This document shows positions 1-13,514 of a stretch of 64,000 nucleotides of DNA, one piece after another. The notes beneath the pieces were generated by a model. The model was not told where the DNA came from. It ran no database searches and saw nothing but the letters and a program-made list of their open reading frames with translations. Every line of letters begins with the position of its first letter. Position 1 is the first letter of the stretch. Made by a program: the position numbers and the translations under genes. Origin of the DNA: Dimorphilus gyrociliatus (Eukaryota; Animalia; Annelida); contig CAJFCJ010000001.1 of NCBI GenBank assembly GCA_904063045.1, positions 1,550,001 through 1,614,000 on the forward strand. Reading direction: 5' to 3'.

Positions 1-183
1 GACTAGTTCAACTCTCTGATGTCTAAGAGGGTCGAAAGATTCGTCTAAATTGATTAAAGGTATTTCCTCAGATTCAATTTGAACTGGAATAGGTTCCGAA
101 GCATTTTTCAGCCAACATTCAAGATCATTACCACTACTACGTTCCAAATGGGAATCGACTAAACTTGTCATGGAGCTTACCGT
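1..183 (-). CDS. Partial coding exon of an unidentified gene running off the window edge (TVSSMTSLVDSHLERSSGNDLECWLKNASEPIPVQIESEEIPLINLDESFDPLRHQRVELV)
   Basis: Open frame from a tag acceptor near 184 (or ATG near 171) to position 1, with coding-like composition. No family recognised. Confidence 0.4.
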
Positions 184-682
184 CTATTTTATATTAATAG
201 AAAAATTAATTAATATAAATAAATAAACAAATAAATACTGTATATAGAACAGCTTTAACTTTTTATCTAAACGTATTCTTTACTAAGAAAAGAGCCAATG
301 ACGTGTAAAGTCAAGTATTCTCACTAATAATATAAATATTTACATAAAAGAGAGATCATTGAATAAATTAATTCACTTTCTCTTAGTTCTCTTTCTATCT
401 TTTCAAGAAGAACGAAGAATATACAGTACATTAACAATAAAATATCACTTTCATCATCATCATTTGTCATCATCATTAATTCTATTGTTGTCTCTCGTTT
501 TGTTTAAATATTATATTAAATTCCTCTTATAAATATTTCCAGTTAATCCAATTCAATAATCATTTTAATAGGCCTATTCAATCCGAAATTATCTTTTTTG
601 AGAAAAAAGAAAATAAAATCCGTTTTTGTACAGAAAGTCTTTCTAGATACGAAGAAGGTGACTAGCTTAATATACTGTATAT

Positions 683-711
683 ATACTATATATATATATA
701 TATATATATAT
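683..711. repeat. (TA)n microsatellite
   Basis: Run of tatatatata visible at about 683-711; a similar run lies at about 929-947. Confidence 0.9.
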
Positions 712-1171
712 TTTAATAAATTCCTTAGATTATTATTTATTTATATAAATAATGACAATCAGCTATGCATCCTTATAATTACTTACCTATTATACTATAA
801 CTAAAGAGTAGATACCGGTAGAAACAACAAACGTTATGAACAATCGATCCAAGTAGAATGAACGAACTACCTATCGATTATATCTTGCCAGAGCGGTAAA
901 CTTGTTTGAGCAAGTATATAAACAGCGACATATATATATATATATATTACTATATATTCATATTTTTCTATTCTATTAGGCCAAAATGTTAATCTTAAAA
1001 AAAACTTTTGCAGTTTAGAAAAAAAACCTTAATAGGCCTATTAACTATTATATACACTGTATTATTTATTATTTATTCTGTTGTATTTGCATACAAGATA
1101 GGAGATGAACTAGTTGTATTATAAGGTGATAGCGTCTTTCATTAGTATTTTCTTGAAAAGATGCAATTTTA

Positions 1172-2561
1172 TTAATCAACATTTAACTTTCTGAACATTG
1201 TTACTGGCTCATCTTTCGTGTCTTTCTTTTTACTTTTATCAACTCCTATACTGCCGTTGGAAAGTTCTTGGAAGTATTTTATCCATTTTGGTGACTGCAT
1301 TTCCTTCTTATAGTTCTCTGTAATTGAATATTAATTCATATCTTAAGTCTTATCAATAAGGTTAACTGCAATTAATATAGATGAATCTTTGATTATTTAC
1401 CTGCTAACTCTGCGCAAGTTCCAGCTGTTGGTCCGTCATAGTCATCGGGTAGAAATTCGCTAGGAAGATATTTTTTATCAATGGCCCCGTATACAGATTC
1501 CAACGTTTCGTGAATAAAGAATCTTTCCAAGTACTTTTTCTTAAGGATAGGTTTGGCAAGGGCGAAGAAGAATTCTATTACTGCACCGGAATTGTACAGG
1601 TGGAAACCTTTCAATCTACCCGGTAATCTATCTTGAGCCATTTTATTCCATGTTTTAGCTTTATCCCCTCCGACTAGACTCATTTGCTTTAAAGTTACTT
1701 TGGTGTAATCAAAAAAGAGAATAAATCCATTAACTTGAACTTTCTCATCCATTGTAGCGTATTCATGGTTCATTAACCAATATTTCAGCATATCATCTAC
1801 GGATAATAGTTTACCTTCCCCAACATCTTCCAGACGTAGTTTACCTAATTAATTAATGCAAATTTATTGTTATTTGTTCAGAATACCGTTTACTTATTCT
1901 TTATGATTTTCATTAGAGTTTTAAAGTCAGGTGAATGAATATGAATTTAATTATTTTCTACTTCTTATCAATGGAAGGGATTAGCTAAAATTTTTAAGAA
2001 TTACCTATCCACTTTATGAATGATTGTAGATAAGATAAATGGCGTAAATTAGTTTTTGTCATGATACAGTATTTATTACCTAGTTGTGACCTATATCTAG
2101 ATCAAAACTATTGATTTCTAATAAAGGGGTAGCTGGAGTTTTACAGGTATATAAACAAATAGCTTACTTATACTGTAAAAGAGGACTTTTCTACCCATTT
2201 TATCATAGCCTGGTAAGGGGAAGCCGTATCCAATTGATAATAGATGATCAATAGCCTTTGAACAAGGGTCCATATTTGTAAACCATTGAGGATATTCCAT
2301 GAAATTTGAGCAATAGCCCTCCAGAATTTCTCTTGCCCTTAGTTGACTAAATTTAGCTCCTCTTAGGAATTTCAATAAGAAACGAAAATGTTTAAACGTT
2401 TTCAAATGGTCTTGTTTATCAACCCATTCCTTTAACGCTTCAACAGCTCCCTCTCTATCTGAGAATATTTCGTGCAACTCCTCCTTAGCCTTTTTAACAG
2501 TCATATTATCATTCTCAAAACTGCATTTATAATCTTTAAAACTGCATTTGTAATCTTCCAT
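1172..2561 (-). CDS. CRAL-TRIO (alpha-tocopherol transfer protein/clavesin-like) lipid-binding protein, paralog 1; exons 2561-2168, 1844-1401, 1317-1172
   Basis: FLLKFLRGAKF (CRAL-N), GxPLPGYDxxGRKV, VQVNGFILFFD, GRLKGFHLYN, LPSEFLP. Splicing the two GT-AG introns restores co-linearity with paralog 2, including the shared C-terminus FRKLNVD*. Confidence 0.9.
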
Positions 2562-3073
2562 ATTTATCGGTTATTCTACTGCACATAACAAATGGAAATA
2601 ATCAATAAAGAGCACACGTATCACATAAATAAATATTTACTAGCTTTTTTACCTGACCAGGTTCACACGATAAATGAAAAGACCTATTACCGCCAGTAGA
2701 AACTTGAAAAGCCTCATCAGAATAAGAACTAGGCCTATTACATCTAAGTGCCGGATGTAATAGACCGAAATATGTTTTACCTATCATAAATTTGGTAATA
2801 TTTAAATTAAGCCTTTTCCTTATCAACAGGCCTATGTACTCTGATAGTCTTTGCTATTATGCTACATGTATTTAATATTATTTTACATTATTAAGAAGTG
2901 CTTGTTTGATAATGAAAAAAAAAACAATAGGCCTAAGATGACAATAATCGTAATAGTGAATAATAATGTACATATGAAAATCATAGGGACGGACAAGACA
3001 AGCAACAAGCAAATAAGAAAAAGAGTTTTATTCTTATATTTTTCTATAGTAACATCTTTAAAAGTAAATAGTT

Positions 3074-4033
3074 CTAATCAACATTTAACTTTCTAAATAA
3101 TGCGGTAGGTGCATCGCCGTTATTCTTCTTTTTATTATCAACATGAAACGAAGAATTGAATCTACTATCGTAATATTTTCTCCATTCTTCAGATTGTATT
3201 TCTTTCTTAAATTTGGCAGCCATTTCGCTAAATGTACCCTGAGTTGGACCATCGTAGTCGTCGGGTAGATATTCCGATGGTAAATTCTTTTTATCGATAT
3301 TTTTGTAGACTTCTTCTAGAGTTTCGTAAACGTAAATTCTATTTAGAAATTTCTTCTTCATAAAAGGTTTAATGAAGTTGAACATGACTTCGAATAGGGC
3401 TCCAATGTTATACATTTGAAAAGCCTTTAGCCTACCAGTCAATCTATCTTCAGTGGCAGTATTCCATTCCTTTATCTTATCCCTACCTATCATGCCAAGT
3501 TGTTTCATGGTTACATTAGTGTAATCGAAGAATAGGCTAAATCCATGAATTTGAGTTCTTTCCTCCGAATTAGCATAGGCTCCCAAAATTACCCAAACTT
3601 TCATTAGATCATCCACATCAATTGTTTTACCTTTTCCAATTTCATTATAGGGTATGGAGCTTATCTTGTAGAAGATAACCTTTCTTCCATCCACATCATA
3701 ACCTGGTAGTGGAATTCCATAACCCTTCGAAAGTATCCAATCAGTCTTCTTAGAACATGGGTCTAAATCCCTAAACCAGCAGGGGTATTCATCAAAATTT
3801 TTAACATAACCTTCTAGAGTTTCTCTTGCCTTCTTTTGGCTAAACTTTGCATGTCGCAAAAACGCTAAAAGCATTCTAGTATCGGCTTTGAATACAAGAT
3901 GCTCCTGACTATTTAACCATTGCCTCAGACAGTCGACAGCGGCAAGCCTATCAGACGGTATTTCGTATACCTCCTTTTTCGCCTTTTCCAATGTAAAAGG
4001 ATCATTTTCAAAACTGCAAGTGTATTGTTCCAT
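3074..4033 (-). CDS. CRAL-TRIO (alpha-TTP/clavesin-like) protein, paralog 2; coding region intronless, 319 aa
   Basis: Complete ORF with MLLAFLRHAKFS, QIHGFSLFFD, GRLKAFQMYN, LPSEYLPDDYDG; clear tandem paralog of 1172-2561. Confidence 0.92.
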   Translation of the reverse strand: MEQYTCSFENDPFTLEKAKKEVYEIPSDRLAAVDCLRQWLNSQEHLVFKADTRMLLAFLRHAKFSQKKARETLEGYVKNFDEYPCWFRDLDPCSKKTDWILSKGYGIPLPGYDVDGRKVIFYKISSIPYNEIGKGKTIDVDDLMKVWVILGAYANSEERTQIHGFSLFFDYTNVTMKQLGMIGRDKIKEWNTATEDRLTGRLKAFQMYNIGALFEVMFNFIKPFMKKKFLNRIYVYETLEEVYKNIDKKNLPSEYLPDDYDGPTQGTFSEMAAKFKKEIQSEEWRKYYDSRFNSSFHVDNKKKNNGDAPTALFRKLNVD

Positions 4034-5403
4034 TTTTGTTGTTAAAGATAAAGAACGGGTTATTAACGCATTCGAAATTTCATTTAAATGCTACCTACTA
4101 TTGCTTGTATATATACCTATAAAAACAGATACACTAGGTCGTGATATATGACTCATTCCTGTTCAACTCTATTTATAGCCTACGTCTTATTGATAGTCAA
4201 AATGGAATACGTTAGAATAATTTTTGCCACTACCTCCATCTATAGGTAAAATATAGATATCTAACCTTTTCAATTATTAAAATTATGTTATAATTGTTCT
4301 TATTTTAAATATTACATAAATAATTAATTGATAAATGTTTAAAGAGAGGTTTTTCTTGGAAGTTTTATGTGTTTGAATGAATTGTTTATTAAGGATATTA
4401 GGGGAAGAAGAGAAAGAAGAAAGGTGGTAAAGGAAAATAAATGAAAAATTGAATAATGTTCCCTCTTTATCCATTTAGTCATTTTATTTACCAATAAGAA
4501 TTCCATTAAAATTTTCCAGTTTAAACCAGAATAAGCTAGTAATGATAGTATTGTATTTGTGTGCTATTTTAAGCATATATATAAATTAATATATATATCT
4601 ACTATTAGTATATTTGTACAATGAAAGAAAAAAGGGGGAGAAAGAGAGAGAGAAAATGAGAATTTGCATCAATTAACATTCATTTAATAATGATATACAT
4701 CAACCATATAAACTGTTCCTCTCTGTTCTCCTTTCTTATCATTTCTCTTGTTCAACCTACTCATCAAATGATAAATTTTAATACCTAAGAAAGTCTATTT
4801 AATATTTAAATAGTATTATAATTCAATTGTACGATACATAATTTACATTGTCTAATTATTAATAAGTTTATACATAATCTATAATATATATATTTATGCT
4901 CCCTAAAGTTGACTGAATATTTTAAACTATTACACAAAACTATCATTACCATTTAATTTTTTTCTCCTATTGATGTAATTTATCGATTTATAAATACATA
5001 ACGTTTATTTATTAATAAACAGCTGAAATCTATGACAAAGAAAATTGATCATTTCTCTCTTTTGCAGCTTTCAGTAAGAATGTATGGACTTTTTAATATA
5101 AATGATATATGTGGAGGATGAGTTAGTTATCTAGGGATTAGAACATAATCTTGCTGTATTGAATGAAGGTAATAAGTGAAATTGAAATTTTCGAGTAATT
5201 AACTGAGCTAATTAAATGCCAATATACAGGTTATATAAATAAATATGCATATGTTACCTGTCTCTTAATTTATATATCATTTTATTAATATTTCTAAATA
5301 ATGCTAAGGAAACAATTGATCAGTTTAAAGAAATAGAAAATAATTGATAGTTATAATTTAGTATGGATATCTTTATTAAGATTTTGTTTGATTTTCAGCA
5401 AGT

Positions 5404-7161
5404 ATGATTAATAGGAGTAGAAGAAAGACAGTCGCTTCTAATACTACTGAAAATGTTCATAGTGAACTTCAAAAATTTCTACCAAAACGTTTGAAATTGA
5501 TTGAAATAACTCTTTCGCAGATTCAAGATTCCAAGGTTGTTTTAAAGAGGCTTACTGATAGTCAAATTAGAAAATATAAACAAACAACCAATTCTAAAAC
5601 GAATAATAAAGATATGGATCTTGATAAGAACTCAAAAAATGGTATGAGTTTGCAGAATTTACAATCTACCTATCCAGAGAGAAACCCTGCTAACATAAAT
5701 ATGACTGTTACTAGAGTAGAAGGAATTTGCCAAAATAATTTAAATAATGTTACAACTAGCGATGGTGTGCAATACAAGGATGCTACAACTTATTATCAAT
5801 GCATCCTATGCTCCAACTACGGAATTTGTAAAAAAAAACTGCTGGAACACTATGAATTAGTGCATAGGATTAGAGGAGAGGACATTTTCTATTCTCACTA
5901 CAACCAGAATTATTTCATAAATGGATCTCTTTCTGCAAGTGGTGAAATTCTAAGACGAATAAACTGCAGTCACAAATGCCGAAGTTGCCATCATAGTACT
6001 CTCAATCTTAATCATGCTCTCTATCACGCAAATCAACTTCAAACTGATTTTACTTGCGGAGTCTGCTCCTATATCAATTCGAAATCTGATTTAAAAGCTT
6101 TTCCAAATTGGCGACAATTATTACAATCTTTTCTTATAGTTTCAACAAACGTATATTATCCCTCTCCTTCTCCTACTCCTAGTCCTCCTGCTCCTCCTCT
6201 TTCTCTTTCTCCACCACCTCTGGATTTGAGACTAAAAAAACCATCTTATAACCATAATTCCCAAATTGAAAAGAAGTATGATTTTTCAAAATATCATTTC
6301 GATTTCTCTCATCTAATTTCAAATTTCAACAGGTAGGCTTAATTAATTTTTATATAAAGAATGCCCGATTGTTTTATCATTCTCTTTCTCTTATGTTTTT
6401 TAATCAGTTTACCAAGCTTAAAGAATCTGAGTTTATCAATGACAAACACAAATGAGAATCAACGAAAGTAAAATATAGTTTTGATGATAATATTACAAAA
6501 ATATTCAAATGATTTTATTTTACGTAGAGTTCATCATAATGAAAATGGCGGAATTAATTTACAAGAGGAGAATAACATGGTTGAAATGTAAATAGGATAC
6601 TGTATATTAAAATATTGAAACTATGAGCTTACAGTATATAATTGATTATATTTTTTTTCTTTTTTATGTTACAGAAGAGAGAGTAAGAAGAGAAAATTGC
6701 AGAATAGATTAGTTTTTTACAGTTGTAAGATATGTGGTAAAAATTCAAAAAAGAGGAAAGGTTTACTTGATCATCTGAGGGAGCATGTTGCAGATTATGC
6801 TTATATTTGCATGGAATGTCCAGTAAAATTCGTTTCATTAACATCAATAAAACACCATTTAAGTATTCATCATCCAAATTCCAAAATTGGATTTAAATTT
6901 GAATTAAAACAAAATATGGATAATCTTTGTTTAAAGAAGATTGGATTTAAGCATAAACTATCTACAATCAATATTAATGACGAGGATGAAAGTATTCCTA
7001 TTGCTTTTCCAGCCAATTCGCTTGACAAGGTTACCTTGAAAAATTTAACATGGACTACAATGGCATATGGTAAAAGTAGTCGAATAACAACACCCTCATC
7101 ACATATCATTGAAAATAGGATAGACCATTCGGCAATAGATTTAAATGAAATGGAAAATTAA
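5404..7161 (+). CDS. C2H2 zinc-finger protein; exons 5404-6332, 6408-6467, 6528-6587, 6675-7161
   Basis: CILC-x12-H-x4-H, CKIC-x12-H-x3-H and CMEC-x12-H-x4-H fingers plus degenerate fingers. Two 60-nt phase 2-2 exons with GT/AG signals join the two ORFs in frame. Confidence 0.75.
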
Positions 7162-7570
7162 ACTTTCAATTATTTCTCTTCTTCCTTATTCTATCTTCTT
7201 CTTTCTTATATTAAATATATTTCCACCCTTGTTTTTCATAAATTTTTTAATCATCAATATCCTGAAGGCTACTGAAACTATTAAATAAATAAGTATTATA
7301 CACGTAGCCAACGTTTTTAACTTATTAAGCAGATTTTCATTAAATTATATAAAAAAATCATTAATCTATTATTAAAGTTTAATTTACTTCTTTACCGTAC
7401 CGATTATATACAATATTATATTCAATAACGCACATTATAAGAAAAATCGCCCAGATGTCTCGTAGGTCGATAGTAATTTATTAATTGTTCAACAGATGGC
7501 GTTAAACTGTTTTATTACTTAGCAACAATAAAGCAGACGATAGAAGCTTGATTTGCCACTAATTTAAAAT

Positions 7571-10308
7571 ATGTTAAAAGTTGATGGAATCGCCGAAGCA
7601 AACTCTCCAGGTAGATACTTAATAGATTTTCCTTTAGATAGATTGTTTATTGATAGTGTACTTTTAATTATAAATAAAATATAGCCACTCGGCTGGATAC
7701 GCTTTTGTTGGAAATGGGTGCAGATGTTGAAAAGGCCAGTGAGGATAATTGCGCTCTAGCCTTTCAAACATTTGATGAAATTTTACCTCAATTAGGCGTC
7801 TATGTCCGTTTGATGAGAAGAGTTCGAAATATTCTTTTTAGTAAGTGTTCTATTCTTTTCTTTTGTAACAGTTTCTCTTAAAATTTTCTTGAAAATAGCA
7901 TCGGTATACAGTGATCAATATACTGCAAAAGATAATAAAATCGAAAGAACGCCTTTTTTTACGCTACTATCAAAAATTCATCAGGAAAGAGAAGAGAGAG
8001 CGGAAAAGCTTGAAAAATATGTTGAAAGACTGAAAAAAGCTTTGCTAGATAAAGAAAATGAAATTATCTCCATCTCAAACAACATAGACAATTTACACGA
8101 TCGTTTAGCGAAAAGTGAAGATCAAATTGTGCAATTTGAAGAAGAATTGACTCAAAGAAGAATAGATGTGGAAAGTTTAGAGAAAACTTTGGAGGGTGAA
8201 AGAGAAGAGGCAAAGAGAGTGAAAGAAGATTTAAGTAGTGATATTGAAAATTTAAAGGCTGGCTTAACTGAAGCTAGAGATGAAGTTGGTAATCTTCAAA
8301 ATTATAAAATGGGCTATGACGAATTAGAGCAAGCATTTCAAGTTGGATCATCAATTCGCGAGAAAACTGGTAAATCGAATGCATCAACAAGAGAGGTATT
8401 TCATCAAAATAAAAGCTATATCCTTTTAAAAGATAAATTCTAATTCTAAATTTAGAATCTTTTACTATCAAATTTGGATTCGGCTTTCAAACTTGAACAA
8501 CAAATACTCCAAGCTGAAAATGCATTAATTGAAGATATGGATAAGACATTGGAAGAGCATAACGAACGTCTAGTGGATACTGATTACGATGTGGAAACTG
8601 GTGAAGTTATTTTATCGTCTAAAAAGGAAAAGTTTAGAATGGCTATTGATGAAATAAACACTGAATTAATTCTATTACGACAACACGCCTCAGTTCTTAA
8701 TGAAGAATTGAATAGAATTCAACAGAAAAATGAGAGACCCAAGCTATCTTCTCAATCGAATAGGTCAAAGTCAAAGCTTACAGTTGGTCTTGTAGATCCT
8801 GAAGAAGTAAAGAAAGACGATCCTTTTATAGCCAATGAAAGAGTATTGGGGAAATATTCGGCCGTTATTTATACATCTGACAATGGTTTGTCAAACTTCT
8901 AATATTTGTTTGTATTGTTCATTCATTATTATTTTTAATCTAGAGGGAAAACACTTTCACGAGCTTAAAGGAGTTGATTTCTGCAAAAATTGCGGTCAAA
9001 AGGTTGTTCTATGTCCCCACAGAGCGACTGGTGCCCCAACGCCTTTGGTTGTTGAATTACCTCCAAAAACAACTCATATTAAAATAGTTAGACCTATTTT
9101 GAAGTTGGATCGTAGGAGACAGTTACAAATGACCAAAGATAGGCCGGGAACTACAGCGACAGATTTTGATTTGGAAAACATGTCTACATATTCTAGAAGT
9201 AAAGCTCCAAGTATGGGTTCTATTCAGCCAAGACAGAGTCCATCTGTTTCTATGGTATCCGTAGCCGAATCAGCTGGTATGCAGCACTATTCATCACAAA
9301 TTTTACTACATCCAATGCAAAGAGTTTGGGATGATTTTAAATCTAGAACATCTTTGGAACGACAAGTTCCCAGACCACTTAATCTTCAGCGAACCAAATC
9401 AATGTTAAAGAGTTTCTCCGCCTATATTTTAAGACAAGATGCTGAGGAAAACGCAACAGGATATTGGTGCGTCCTTGATACTTTGTACAGATACATGTTT
9501 GATAGATATTCGAAGGCTGACGTAGCATATTTATCAGCTTATGATTGGTTGGCAGCATTGATTGAATTTTCAGCATCAGATAAATTCATGTCATTGTTTC
9601 TTCATACATTGGTAGGGAATCTAGACGCTTCATCTTTTCGCTATGTCCTTTTAATTAACGACCTGTTGTCCAATTTTATTTGGTCCAAAGTAGAAGATGT
9701 TCGTCATCTGGCGGTAGTTTTATATCCAACTCTAACAGATGACGAACTGGATCAAGTTGTCATGGGTTATACATCTTGGAGTGAGAATAAAACATCAGCT
9801 TCATTAATATCCGATTACATTATAAATATTATATTAAAGTGGAGAGAGCCCAGATTCGTTGAAACTCACTCAAGATTACAACTATATGTCGACGAAACTG
9901 AAGTCGTCGACGAAATAAGATTCGGTGAGGCTTGCAATACAATGATAGGATCTTGTGACGAAAGAATAAGGAAGAGACTTTATCAAGAGGCTCTAGAATT
10001 TGCCGAAAGTAAAGATAATGTTAAGGGAGGAGTACCAATTCAAAAGCTAGCTCAGGTTATCTCTTACTTAGAATTGATACAAATCTTTGGAGAGACGGGA
10101 GAGAATGATATTCATTCGTACTTGTCAAAGTATTTACCAGAAACTGACGAACCATCGTGCCTAATAACTTATAGTACTTGTTTAGAAATGGCTAGTAAAT
10201 TATATACAAATCAATAAAAGACATCTTATTATTTTTAATTCTCTCTTTTACTTGTATCAATTAGGTCAATTGGTCAATTTTAAACCAATTTTACTTACCA
10301 AAAAGTAA
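7571..10308 (+). CDS. Coiled-coil protein with a TSNAXIP1-N-like N-terminus (possibly ciliary); exons approx. 7571-7610, 7685-7841, 7899-8395, 8456-8885, 8944-~10194, 10265-10308 (alternative stop at 10217)
   Basis: Phase-consistent splicing of the ORFs. The N-terminal AFQTFDEILPQLGVYVRLMRRVRN resembles, from memory, the TSNAXIP1/C6orf118 N-terminal motif. Long coiled coil, a CKNC...CPH motif and a helical C-terminal domain. The family call is weak. Confidence 0.55.
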
Positions 10309-10390
10309 CGATTATGATAAATGATGCTATAAGCTATCAAGCAATTACTTTATAAAACAACGATATATTTATAACTATCACAATAAGTTA

Positions 10391-11760
10391 TCATTGAAGT
10401 ACTTGTCTACAAATATTTATGATATTATAGTAATCTTTCCACTTTCTAAATGGTTCTTTTAACATTTTAATCTTATATAACTTCAACCATTTTTTAAAAT
10501 ATTTTGCTCTAAATCTAAAATTTATTGACCTATTTATTTTTGAATTTAATTCCCTAATTTGCCATTTCTTAAAATATTTTTTCATTAAATCATTTCTTTT
10601 TAGTTCAGTGTTCGAAGTTGAATTATTTTTCCAGTTTAAAAAATATCTTTTTGTTTTTTTTTTTAAAAAAAAATCATGATGATCGAAATAAAAAAAGTGT
10701 TATTTTACTTACTTTTTAATAATTACTGTTTCGTAATAGAATAATGAAAGTTTTCTACCAAGGAATAATTCTTTCCATCGATTGAATGTTTCCTTTCTCA
10801 ATGATAAGATTTTGAAATATTTCATATAAATGATCATTTTCATCATTTGATTTTTTCTCTTTTGTAATTTATTAAATAATTTCCAATAGTTAAAGTATTT
10901 TTTTGAATATTGAAGATTTAATTGAAGTTTATGAGAATCAACACAACTCTCTCTATAATCAGTAAAACTACAATCTACAGATGATTCGAATGGAAGAAGA
11001 TAATTCTTGTTGTATTCAAATGTCTTTTGACAAAAGTTAACACAATTCTCTTTCCATTTAGAAAGAGTAATTTGAAAATAATGCTTTTTTTCATTAATAT
11101 CTATAGGTAAAGTGTTATTTTTCTCGTCTAAAATATGAAAATATCATTAAAAAAAGTATAAAGAAAGAAAAAAAAATGAAAATCGTACTTAACTTCCTCA
11201 AAGCTGCTTTATACCACTTTTTAAAACATATTCTATAAAACAAAGACATTTTAGCTTGTTTATCACAAAGAAAATAATCTAAGAGAATAGATCTTGTATG
11301 TAATTTTGATTCATTTAACAAAATTCTAGCATCTTTTAACTTTTCAATGATTTCATCATAATTAATTTTATTATCAGATGTTAATCTATTAATACTATTA
11401 TTATTATTATTATTTATATTATCATATTCACTGTCTAATGTGAAACTTGAATATTTATGCGAAAGAGATGATAGAGAGTTAATCATATTTAAACGCTTGT
11501 TGCGATGATTTTGATAATTTGATTGGTAATTTATAATTGATATTTTTGAAAGTTTTTCTAATATTTGTCTTTTCTTCTTTAATCTTATCAATCTGTTGGA
11601 AATATCTAATAGAGCATTCTTCAATTCATTTTCGGCTCTTTGCAACATTTCTAATTGATATTCACTACGATAATCTTCTTGTCTAATTGTTAAACTTTTC
11701 GTTACATTTTCCACATCGTAACTTTTATCAATTCGGCATAAAACATTATCAGATCTGTAA

Positions 11761-11799
<39 letters not shown>

Positions 11800-12115
11800 G
11801 GTAAAATCATCAACAAAACCTTGTATACAATCTATTCGTCAGTCGTTTATTATATAAATCATCATTTTTCGAATCATAATCCGATGTTATGGTTGTAATA
11901 TCTTGACTATTTTGTTTCCTTAATGAATATTCATTATCATCGTTAGCAATATAGGATAAAGTTTTAAAACATTTCTTTCGACAGTCCATTTTAATTCTCA
12001 TTTGAATTTCAATATATCTTTTATTATCAATATTCAATCGGCAATTAAATTTTTTGTGATCATAAGATTTATCTTGCATTCTACTAATTGATTTTGAACA
12101 GTTACAATAGTTCAT
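10391..12115 (-). CDS. Sfi1-type (centrin-binding) Trp-repeat protein, 4 exons; start codon uncertain
   Basis: Spliced product has about 8 (Y/C/P/T)F/L-x2-W motifs (CFKKW, LSKW, YFNYW, TFNRW, YFLNW, YFKKW x2, PFRKW), several 23-26 aa apart, as in SFI1 repeats. Confidence 0.55.
11763..11797. repeat. (AT)n microsatellite filling about half of a ~65-bp intron
   Basis: Direct observation; lies just upstream (on the minus strand) of the cttacag acceptor of the Sfi1-like gene. Confidence 0.9.
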
Positions 12116-12540
12116 ATTTATATAATAAGCCACTTTTTACACTGATAAAATATTATAATAATGAATTTATATATTAAATAAAGTTAAATTTTTGAAAATA
12201 AATAATTATATAATATTTGTTTATTTGATTGTTAATATATTTATATACTGGTACTCTTATTAATTTATTCATAAATATATTCATTTATATTCATTTAGGT
12301 ATTAAATAGTCCAGTTTTACATTATCTTTGCAATATATTTTTGTTTTTTTCTGTCAACTACTCGTCTCTTATTCCAGCCATGTGATTGGTTAATTTATAT
12401 GGTACTCAATATATTGCAATAAATAGACTCAGGTATAGCGGTATAAATAGGCATTTCTACATTGGGCTGTTGAGCAAGTTTCGTCTAACGAAGAAACTGT
12501 GAAAGAGAAGAGCCATTGAATAGGACAATTGAATTCAAGT

Positions 12541-13023
12541 ATGATTCCTTATAACGCTTTGGGGAAGGGTGCTGAGCCGGCAGCGGAGGGAGAACCGAAA
12601 AGTGAAGAAATAAATGAACGTGACATCGATGAATTGGAAGCTTCGCAGCAGGATTCTCCATCCATTGAAGAAGAGGATTCCGATTCTCAATCGGACGACT
12701 CTCCGAATCGACGTCGAAAAGAGAGAGAAAAAGAGTCGAATTGTAAGCGTAAAGTTCCAAATTACGACTATTTTTTTCGCAATTCAGAATACTTTAGGAA
12801 AAAAACTAGAGAGGAAATAATCAACAGAATTAGACACCATGCAAGCCAAAGATCGACATTTGTTAAAAGAGAAAATCAGGCTAAGAATTCATTGGAAAAG
12901 CAAATTGATGACTTAGACAAAGCGATTCTTGAAGATTCTATCCGAAAAGAAGAATTAGAAAAGAGATTGGATCAGAATAAAACACTCAGATCAACTTTGA
13001 AGAACATTCATGAAAACATGTAA
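12541..13023 (+). CDS. Orphan protein with an acidic/Ser-rich N-half and coiled-coil C-half (~160 aa)
   Basis: Long ORF with higher GC than flanks, divergent from the Sfi1-like gene. A possible donor (at|gtaaga) at 13020 leaves the 3' end uncertain. Confidence 0.6.
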   Translation: MIPYNALGKGAEPAAEGEPKSEEINERDIDELEASQQDSPSIEEEDSDSQSDDSPNRRRKEREKESNCKRKVPNYDYFFRNSEYFRKKTREEIINRIRHHASQRSTFVKRENQAKNSLEKQIDDLDKAILEDSIRKEELEKRLDQNKTLRSTLKNIHENM

Positions 13024-13514
13024 GAGTACAAGGAAAAAAGATAATCCTAATAACTTCATTAATAGATCAAATTAGTTATTTGAAGGGGAAAGTATCGATA
13101 AAAATATATTTTTAAAAAAATACAAGTTTCTTTCATTACTTTAAAACTTTATTTGCTACTTAGTCGGTAATTCTTTGATAAATTTTGAACGATATCTTTC
13201 CATCAATATAGCACATAATTTAGGCATACCCAAAGCTCTATAACTCGTATTATCACTCATCCACGTGAGAGACTATTGCTACAAACACTTGCTAAACTTT
13301 ACAAACGCAAGTAGAAATTTAGCCAACTTAAAAAATATCTGGGATTATTTTATTCGGGATTATCCGAATCTTTAGAGATTTAAACTAAGATATTTAACCC
13401 AAGTTGAAACGTATTACCTTTCCAATTATTTTCTAGTGGACTTTATCAACTAGAGGATCGCTATAAAGACTTCTTAATTGTTTATTATCCTCATTAAGAC
13501 AATATTTGATAAAA

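Noticed and set aside
598-804. ORF with YIYIYI repeats (similar ones at 14862-15131 and the N-terminus of 11115-11816)
   Set aside because: Artefacts of (TA)n microsatellites or antisense overlap.
8418-8465. Possible AT-AC (U12) intron: ATATCCTTTT...TTTAC is frame-compatible
   Set aside because: No TCCTTAAC branch site, only 48 nt long, and a canonical GT-AG intron (8396-8455) explains the junction equally well.
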